Part shown: positions 58,276 through 64,000 of the stretch, piece by piece
Layout: the number at the start of each line of letters is the position of its first letter
Position numbering within the stretch: position 1 is the stretch's first letter
Source: a virus
Lineage: Duplodnaviria > Caudoviricetes
Direction: 5' to 3' (one strand)
Virus record (IMG/VR): IMGVR_UViG_3300022752_000014
DNA: 64,000 nucleotides
Translations under genes and position numbers: made by a program
Notes under the pieces: model-generated
The model's database searches: none
Seen by the model: only the letters and a program-made list of their open reading frames with translations
What the model was told of the DNA's origin: nothing

Positions 58276-58612
58276 TTTTACAAAAGAAGATTTATCAGAA
58301 GATATTAAGTCTTATCCTCCATATATTATCAATCGTTGTTTATCCGGACATATTGATTGTTTGATGTATGCGAATGAAATGAATATGCATCATCAACTTG
58401 ATAAAGATATGCAATATTCTTTTTATCTAAATAGTTTGAGGAAAAAGAAGAGATTTTCTCCCTGGCTCCGAAAGGATAAGGTTACAGACTTAGAATGTGT
58501 TAAATCATACTATGGTTATAGTAATGAGAAGGCATCCCAAGCACTGAAAATCCTGACAAAAGAACAACTTAACTTTATTAAACAACGACTTGATATTGGA
58601 GGATCCAAATGA
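58244..58612 (+). CDS. gp62: Clamp loader small subunit gp62
   Basis: ELKDWLNSIN; YPPYIINRCLS; LRKKKRFSPW; YYGYSNEKA; start set at ATG 58244. Confidence 0.93.
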   Translation: MELKDWLNSINFTKEDLSEDIKSYPPYIINRCLSGHIDCLMYANEMNMHHQLDKDMQYSFYLNSLRKKKRFSPWLRKDKVTDLECVKSYYGYSNEKASQALKILTKEQLNFIKQRLDIGGSK

Positions 58613-59046
58613 CTACCACTGTAGAACCTACAGTTGAATGGGCTCAAGACCAGATGGTTGAGGTCATTCTAAATGAACCTGATGATTTCCTTAAAGTTCG
58701 TGAAACCTTGACCCGCATCGGAGTTGCTTCACGTAAGGAGAAAAAACTCTATCAATCTTGCCACATTCTTCACAAGCAAGGTAGATACTACATTGTTCAC
58801 TTTAAGGAACTGTTTGCTCTGGATGGTAAGCACGCTAACCTGACTGTGAATGACGTTCAACGCCGCAATCGCATTGTCCGTCTTCTTGCTGATTGGGGAC
58901 TAATCACGGTTGTAAAACCTGACAGTGTAAACGACATTGCACCTCTGAACCAAATCAAAGTTCTTGCATATAAGGACAAGGGCGATTGGATTTTGGAACA
59001 GAAGTATAATATTGGTAAGAAAGGAAAGACCGCAGAAGCAGAATAA
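58609..59046 (+). CDS. regA: Translational repressor RegA
   Basis: PDDFLKVRETLTRIGVAS; LYQSCHILHKQGRYYIVHFKELFALDG. Confidence 0.97.
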   Translation: MTTTVEPTVEWAQDQMVEVILNEPDDFLKVRETLTRIGVASRKEKKLYQSCHILHKQGRYYIVHFKELFALDGKHANLTVNDVQRRNRIVRLLADWGLITVVKPDSVNDIAPLNQIKVLAYKDKGDWILEQKYNIGKKGKTAEAE

Positions 59047-59130
59047 ATAGAACTGAGACCTTTCGTGCGGTCTCTACAAAAGTCGGAACACCCTAAAAAG
59101 AGGTTGGGTTTTTACCCTTCCTCTTTTTTT
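59042..59130 (+). ncRNA. Candidate late-promoter-driven small RNA 1 (hairpin, linker, terminator)
   Basis: AATAAATA 59042-59049; GAGACC/GGTCTC stem 59055-59074; terminator AGAGG-TT-GGGT-TTTT-ACCC-TT-CCTCT plus T-tract ending 59130. Confidence 0.45.
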
Positions 59131-59151
59131 CGTATCTTATATAATTAGTAA

Positions 59152-59198
59152 TGGATGCCGAAAGGGTCCACAAAACACAAACTCGCTTTTAAAGGAGC
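59152..59198 (+). promoter_or_regulatory. Structured hsp20 5' leader (GAAA-tetraloop hairpin plus SD-occluding U-rich hairpin)
   Basis: TGGAT(G)CC-GAAA-GGGTCCA 59152-59170; GCTTT-TAAA-GGAGC 59185-59198 pairing the SD. Confidence 0.45.
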
Positions 59199-59205
59199 TA
59201 CTATA

Positions 59206-59646
59206 ATGTCTACATCAGGACTTATGCGTTATACTGCTGCGGATCTTCCTGCTCTGATGGAGAAGATTACTCGCAACTCAATTGGAATGGATGAATATTT
59301 TGACCGTCTTTTTCACTTACACGAAACCACTACTAACTATCCACCATATAACCTAGTCCAAGTCAGCAACGTAGAATCACGACTTGAACTTGCTCTTGCT
59401 GGATTTAAGAAGAAGGAGGTTTATGTCTACACACAAGATGGCAAACTCTTTATTGAAGGTCAAAAAGAAGATAAAGAAACGGAGTCCAACTATCTCCACA
59501 AAGGTTTGGCTCAACGGAGTTTTAAGAGAGCGTGGACGCTCTCTGATGATACGGAAGTACGATCAGTTGATTTTGAGGATGGGCTTCTAACAGTTACTCT
59601 TGGTAGGATTGTTCCCGATCACCACAAGCGAAAAGATTATCTCTAA
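59206..59646 (+). CDS. hsp20: Small heat shock protein Hsp20 (alpha-crystallin domain)
   Basis: NYPPYN; LELALAGF; YLHKGLAQRSF.R; DGLLTV.L; AAAGGAG SD; start set at ATG 59206. Confidence 0.95.
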   Translation: MSTSGLMRYTAADLPALMEKITRNSIGMDEYFDRLFHLHETTTNYPPYNLVQVSNVESRLELALAGFKKKEVYVYTQDGKLFIEGQKEDKETESNYLHKGLAQRSFKRAWTLSDDTEVRSVDFEDGLLTVTLGRIVPDHHKRKDYL

Positions 59647-59649
59647 ATA
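59643..59649 (+). promoter_or_regulatory. Late promoter for the 58-aa peptide
   Basis: CTAAATA overlapping the hsp20 stop. Confidence 0.6.
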
Positions 59650-59659
59650 AAAATAAAAA

Positions 59660-59836
59660 ATGAAAACTTTCGACGAGTTTCAACAAATAGCTTATTATGG
59701 AGCAGTTCCTCATACTGTCTATTCTCAAGGAAAATCTAAAAAAATTCCAAAAGGAAAAGCAGTCCCTGTAAGAAGTCGCTCAAGTGCGGGTGGCGATGGA
59801 GATGGTGGAAATGGTGGCGGGGACGGCGGTGAATAA
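59660..59836 (+). CDS. 58-aa peptide: MKTF start, basic core, Gly/Asp tail; below the ORF-track cutoff
   Basis: Manual translation MKTFDEFQQIAYYGAVPHTVYSQGKSKKIPKGKAVPVRSRSSAGGDGDGGNGGGDGGE. Confidence 0.7.
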   Translation: MKTFDEFQQIAYYGAVPHTVYSQGKSKKIPKGKAVPVRSRSSAGGDGDGGNGGGDGGE

Positions 59837-59903
59837 ATACTTTTGAATATCGTCGGCGTAAGAGGAGTTCCTGGCAAAATCCAGGTTGACTCCTCCTTTT
59901 TTT
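59832..59903 (+). ncRNA. Candidate late-promoter-driven small RNA 2 / long terminator hairpin
   Basis: AATAAATA 59832-59839; GAGGAGT..CCTGG-CAAAAT-CCAGG..ACTCCTC (59862-59895) followed by T7. Confidence 0.45.
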
Positions 59904-59914
59904 ATTGGTAGAAT
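59886..59914 (+). promoter_or_regulatory. Sigma70-type promoter for the gp43 operon
   Basis: TTGACT(59886-59891)-N17-TAGAAT(59909-59914). Confidence 0.78.
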
Positions 59915-59935
59915 GTATGGAGGTATGGAGTACAA

Positions 59936-60319
59936 ATGACGATCAAACTTTTACTTTTAAAGTCGGGAGAAGATATTATTTCCGACATTAAAGAAATGGT
60001 TGTGGGTGAAGATGAAGACCGAAGAGTGGTTGGATATTTTCTAAACAAACCTTGCTTGGTTAAAATGAGAGACCCTAGTCTTTTAACCGAAGAGAGCACT
60101 GAAGAGCAAAAGAAAGCAGCATATCAAGTTTCTTTGTATCCTTGGATGCCTCTTTCAAAAGATTACGTCATTCCAGTTGCCGCAGACTGGGTTGTGACTA
60201 TTGTAGAACCTATTGTAAAACTTTCAGAAATGTACGTGGAGGACGTTTTATCCCGTGGAACCGAAAACAATCAAGATACTAGCACTACTGAACAATCAAA
60301 TTCTAATAACACAGATTGA
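59936..60319 (+). CDS. Conserved hypothetical protein upstream of gp43
   Basis: MTIKLLLLKSGEDIISD; LYPWMPLSKD; WVVTIVEP; GGAG SD. Confidence 0.8.
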   Translation: MTIKLLLLKSGEDIISDIKEMVVGEDEDRRVVGYFLNKPCLVKMRDPSLLTEESTEEQKKAAYQVSLYPWMPLSKDYVIPVAADWVVTIVEPIVKLSEMYVEDVLSRGTENNQDTSTTEQSNSNNTD

Positions 60320-60518
60320 AGAAGTTGGTGCTGACATTGGAGAACCAGACTGTAAACTAACCAATCCATTTGTTGTAAAAAACGACCAAACACTGGAACC
60401 ATTTTTACTTGGTTATACAAAACAAAATACATTTATGATGAGTTCGGAAAAGATTCTTACACTTGTAGATCCAACTCCAACTCTACTTGAAAAATATGAG
60501 GACTTGATTAAAGAATGA
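60255..60518 (+). CDS. Conserved hypothetical protein upstream of gp43
   Basis: 87 aa, GTG start; IEEVGADIGEPDCKLTNPF motif. Confidence 0.7.
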   Translation: MEPKTIKILALLNNQILITQIEEVGADIGEPDCKLTNPFVVKNDQTLEPFLLGYTKQNTFMMSSEKILTLVDPTPTLLEKYEDLIKE

Positions 60519-63010
60519 GATTTTACACTAATGTTCAATTGATTGGAAATCAATTTTTGGTTCGTGGCGTAGAGAATGGTAAAAGATTTGAGACGAGGGA
60601 TGAGTTCTTCCCAACTCTTTTTGTGAAGACTAAAAAAGATTCTAAGTATAGAACATTAAGTGGAGAAAAAGTTGAACCAGTCAAACCTGGTACTGTTCGG
60701 GATTGTCGTGAGTTTTATAGTAAGTATGAAGGCGTAGATGGATTTGAAATCTACGGTAATGACAGATACATCTATCAATATATCTCAGAAAAATATCCAG
60801 AGGATGAAATCAAGTTTGACATTAGTAAAATCAAACTTGTAACTTTGGATATCGAGGTTGCCTCTGAAGAGGGATTCCCCGATGTGGAATCTTGCTCTGA
60901 AGAGATTCTTGCGATTACAATTCAGGACTATACAACTAAGGAAATCATCACTTGGGGCGTTAAACCTTTCAAGCATGATCGTAAGGACTTGACGTATCAT
61001 CACTGCCCTTCTGAGTATGAGTTGCTGAGTCACTTCATCAACTATTGGATGGTGAATGTGCCTGATGTGATTACTGGATGGAATATTCAGTTGTATGATA
61101 TTCCTTATATCTGCAAACGACTTAATCGTGTCCTTGGTGAGAAACTAATGAAGCGATTCTCCAACTGGGGACTTGTAACTGAGGGAGAAACTTATATCAA
61201 GGGGAGAAAGCATACTACGTTTGATGTGGGTGGTTTAACTCAACTTGATTATCTTGATTTGTATAAGAAGTTTACCTATACAAATCAGGAATCATACCGC
61301 CTTGATTATATCGCTGAGGTTGAACTTGGTTCTAAAAAACTTGATCACTCTGAGTTTGATACTTTCAAAGACTTCTATACTCAAGGTTGGCAAAAGTTTA
61401 TTGAATATAACATCGTTGACGTAGAACTTGTTGATCGTCTTGAAGACAAGATGAAACTGATTGAGTTAGCACTTACAATGGCTTATGACGCCAAAGTAAA
61501 TTATGCTGACGTGTTTTATCAGGTTCGTATGTGGGATAATATTATCTACACCTATTTGAAGAAAAGAGATATTGTCATTCCCCCGAAGAATAAAACGCAG
61601 AAAGACGAAAAGTACGCTGGTGCTTATGTAAAAGAACCAATTCCTGGAATGTATGATTGGGTGGTGAGTTTTGACTTGAACTCACTATATCCACACCTGA
61701 TTATGATGTATAACATCTCTCCAGAAACTCTTGTAGAAGAAAAACATCCAACAGTTTCAGTTGATAAAATCCTGAATCAGAGTCTTAACTTTGAACTCTA
61801 TAAAGACTATGCGATTTGTGCCAACGGTGCTATGTATCGCAAAGACGTGCGTGGATTTCTCCCTGAACTGATGGAGAAGATTTACAATGAACGTGTAATT
61901 TTTAAAAAGAAAATGCTTGCGGCCGAGCAAGAGTATGAAAAGACAAAGAATAAGGAACTTGTAAAAGAGATTGCTCGCTGTAACAACATTCAAATGGCAC
62001 GTAAGATTCAACTTAACTCTGCTTATGGTGCGATTGGTAATCAGTATTTCCGTTATTACAAACTCGCAAATGCTGAAGCGATTACCCTCTCTGGACAGGT
62101 TTCTATTCAGTGGATTATGAATCGTGTCAATTCTTATTTAAACAAAGTTCTTAAAACGGATGGTGAAGATTATGTTATTGCCTCTGATACTGACTCTCTT
62201 TATATCAATATGGGTCCTTTGGTTGAAACTATATTCAAGGGAAGAGAGAAAACTACTGAAGGCATTGTCACGTTCCTTGATAAGATCTGTAAGGTGGAAC
62301 TTGAGAAGTATATTGAAGGTTCTTACCAAGAACTGGCTGACTACGCAAACGCCTACGAACAGAAAATGATTATGAAGCGTGAGTGTATTGCTGAACGTGG
62401 TATTTGGACTGCGAAGAAGCGATATATTCTCAGTGTATGGGATAGTGAAGGTGTTCGTTACGAGAAACCAAAACTGAAAATCAAGGGTATTGAAGCAATC
62501 AAATCTTCTACTCCTGCTCCTTGCCGTAAAATGCTGAAGGATTCTTTCAACATTATGATGAGTGGAACTGAAGATGATATGATTAGTTTTATTGATAAAT
62601 GTCGCCTTGAATTCAGGACACTTTCTCCAGAATCTATCTCTTTTCCACGTTCAGCATCAGACGTTCAAAAGTATCTATCATCATCGGACATTTATGTGAA
62701 AGGAACTCCCATTCACGTTCGTGGAGCACTTCTGTTTAATTATTACATTAAGAAGAACAAACTTACTAATAAGTATTCTGCTATCCAAAATGGCGAAAAG
62801 ATTAAGTTTGTTTATCTTAAGAAACCAAACACTATTCACGAAAATGTCATCTCATTTATTCAAGATTTTCCCAAGGAACTCAATCTTGACAAATACATAG
62901 ACTATGACTTACAATTTGAGAAAGCATTTCTAGAACCACTCAAAATTATCCTTGATTCTATTGGGTGGAGTGTGGAAAAAACTGTAAACCTTGAACTCTT
63001 TTTTGCTTAA
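60515..63010 (+). CDS. gp43: Family B DNA polymerase gp43
   Basis: Exonuclease DIE, TGWN..YD, YNIVDV; polymerase SFDLNSLYP, KIQLNSAYG, SDTDS; uninterrupted. Confidence 0.99.
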   Translation: MRFYTNVQLIGNQFLVRGVENGKRFETRDEFFPTLFVKTKKDSKYRTLSGEKVEPVKPGTVRDCREFYSKYEGVDGFEIYGNDRYIYQYISEKYPEDEIKFDISKIKLVTLDIEVASEEGFPDVESCSEEILAITIQDYTTKEIITWGVKPFKHDRKDLTYHHCPSEYELLSHFINYWMVNVPDVITGWNIQLYDIPYICKRLNRVLGEKLMKRFSNWGLVTEGETYIKGRKHTTFDVGGLTQLDYLDLYKKFTYTNQESYRLDYIAEVELGSKKLDHSEFDTFKDFYTQGWQKFIEYNIVDVELVDRLEDKMKLIELALTMAYDAKVNYADVFYQVRMWDNIIYTYLKKRDIVIPPKNKTQKDEKYAGAYVKEPIPGMYDWVVSFDLNSLYPHLIMMYNISPETLVEEKHPTVSVDKILNQSLNFELYKDYAICANGAMYRKDVRGFLPELMEKIYNERVIFKKKMLAAEQEYEKTKNKELVKEIARCNNIQMARKIQLNSAYGAIGNQYFRYYKLANAEAITLSGQVSIQWIMNRVNSYLNKVLKTDGEDYVIASDTDSLYINMGPLVETIFKGREKTTEGIVTFLDKICKVELEKYIEGSYQELADYANAYEQKMIMKRECIAERGIWTAKKRYILSVWDSEGVRYEKPKLKIKGIEAIKSSTPAPCRKMLKDSFNIMMSGTEDDMISFIDKCRLEFRTLSPESISFPRSASDVQKYLSSSDIYVKGTPIHVRGALLFNYYIKKNKLTNKYSAIQNGEKIKFVYLKKPNTIHENVISFIQDFPKELNLDKYIDYDLQFEKAFLEPLKIILDSIGWSVEKTVNLELFFA

Positions 63011-63174
63011 TGGATCTACCTATTAATGATCAAGAACTGAATACTATTATTAATGCTATGGCTCTTGGTGGAGACACTGCATTGTTTCAAAAACTTAAAC
63101 TTGTAAAAGAACTCAGGGAACAGGGTTTACCTTATAAAAAAATACTTCGTGAAGAATACGGGATGGTAGCGTGA
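63010..63174 (+). CDS. Small hypothetical protein (54 aa), below the ORF-track cutoff
   Basis: Manual translation [54 protein letters not shown]; stop/start overlaps at both ends. Confidence 0.7.
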   Translation: MDLPINDQELNTIINAMALGGDTALFQKLKLVKELREQGLPYKKILREEYGMVA

Positions 63175-64000
63175 TGGATTTTCTTAAAGATATTGTAAAA
63201 GAAATTGGTGATGACTTTACTAAGTTAGCGTCCGATATTGATGAGACTGAGACTTATGTTGACACGGGTTCGTACATTTTTAATGCACTGGTTTCAGGTA
63301 GCATATTTGGTGGTGTATCTGGGAATAAGATTACTGCTATTGCTGGAGAGTCTTCTACTGGAAAAACTTTCTTCTCTCTCGCTGTGGTTAAGAATTTTCT
63401 TGATACTCACCCCGATGGTTATTGTCTCTACTTTGATACTGAAGCCGCTATTACCAAGTCCCTTGTAGAATCCCGTGGAATCGATACTTCTCGCCTTGTT
63501 GTTGTTAATGTTGTTACAATTGAGGAGTTCCGTACTAAAGCACTCAAAGCAGTAGACTTATACTTAAAAAAACCTGTAGAAGAACGCAAACCTTGTATGT
63601 TTGTGTTAGACTCTCTCGGTATGCTTTCCACTGAGAAAGAAATTACTGATGCACTGAACGATAAACAAGTTCGTGATATGACTAAATCGCAACTTGTTAA
63701 AGGTGCTTTCCGAATGTTAACCCTTAAACTAGGACAGGCAAATGTACCGCTCATTGTCACAAATCATACATACGATGTCATCGGAGCTTACGTACCAACG
63801 AAAGAAATGGGCGGAGGTTCTGGACTCAAGTACGCAGCCTCTACGATCATCTATCTCAGCAAAAAGAAAGAGAAGGATGGAACAGAAGTGGTCGGCAATA
63901 TTATCAAAGCTAAGACTGCTAAATCGCGTTTGAGTAAGGAGAACAAAGATGTTGAAGTCCGTCTGTATTATGATGAGCGCGGCCTTGATCGTTACTATGG
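63174..64000 (+). CDS. uvsX: RecA-like recombinase UvsX (3' end beyond the window)
   Basis: Manual translation: [23 protein letters not shown] Walker [20 protein letters not shown]. Confidence 0.96.
   Translation, partial: MDFLKDIVKEIGDDFTKLASDIDETETYVDTGSYIFNALVSGSIFGGVSGNKITAIAGESSTGKTFFSLAVVKNFLDTHPDGYCLYFDTEAAITKSLVESRGIDTSRLVVVNVVTIEEFRTKALKAVDLYLKKPVEERKPCMFVLDSLGMLSTEKEITDALNDKQVRDMTKSQLVKGAFRMLTLKLGQANVPLIVTNHTYDVIGAYVPTKEMGGGSGLKYAASTIIYLSKKKEKDGTEVVGNIIKAKTAKSRLSKENKDVEVRLYYDERGLDRYY

Noticed and set aside
59055-59074. Paired BsaI sites (GAGACC/GGTCTC) as a cloning scar
   Set aside because: They form the two arms of a hairpin in a natural promoter-terminator context; no other vector-like sequence
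25422-59205. Upstream starts given by the ORF track (25422, 31804, 49858, 53014, 53307, 55023, 56199, 58190, 59155)
   Set aside because: They overlap upstream genes or regulatory hairpins; downstream ATGs fit SD position and family N-termini better
59847-59903. Glutamine (glnA-type) riboswitch because of the ATCGTCGGC start
   Set aside because: The remaining sequence lacks the three-stem junction and E-loop pattern; it is a single long hairpin with a T-tract
30173-63010. Introns, inteins or homing endonucleases in gp17, gp20, gp23, uvsW, gp46 and gp43
   Set aside because: All are continuous, of ordinary length, with no intein-like N-terminal Cys or C-terminal His-Asn insertion blocks noticed
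1-64000. tRNA genes, CRISPR arrays, rRNA, integrase or IS elements
   Set aside because: No cloverleaf-sized intergenic gaps with T/D-arm motifs, no repeat-spacer periodicity and no such ORFs seen; a tRNAscan/CRISPR scan would confirm
1-64000. Stop-codon reassignment
   Set aside because: TAA, TGA and TAG all end genes at expected positions and conserved proteins are full length under the standard code

Overview
This window is a 64 kb core segment of a T4-like (Tevenvirinae-type) cyanomyovirus, AT-rich, with every supportable gene on the + strand. The order is: baseplate (gp25, gp6, a 3999-aa gp7-like protein, gp8, a 2487-aa VrlC/DUF4815-like protein), neck/tail/packaging/head (gp13-gp23, gp3), recombination and late transcription (uvsY, uvsW, gp55, gp47, gp46), and replication (peptidase-VWA, CobS/MoxR ATPase, gp45, gp44, Dam, gp62, regA, hsp20, gp43, partial uvsX). 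A cyanobacterial host is inferred from synteny and from DUF3110-like, CobS, Hsp20 and NblA-like genes. No tRNA, CRISPR array, intron, intein or integrase was seen. The most notable signal is a candidate capsid-packaged cargo system. Three ORFs begin with a T4 internal-protein-like capsid-targeting sequence (MKTY/F..F). Two of them sit in the early/replication block behind their own late promoters. One (52146-53063) carries a C-terminal domain matching, by eye, the motif pattern of phage T3 SAM lyase, i.e. a candidate injected anti-restriction enzyme. A 561-aa basic polyprotein with apparent prohead-protease (x-x-E) sites belongs with these. Also notable are an NblA-like ORF missed by the ORF track, a shared non-canonical promoter element before the peptidase-VWA and MoxR genes, and several structured RNA candidates around hsp20. 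All family assignments come from visual motif recognition and remembered reference sequences, not database searches.
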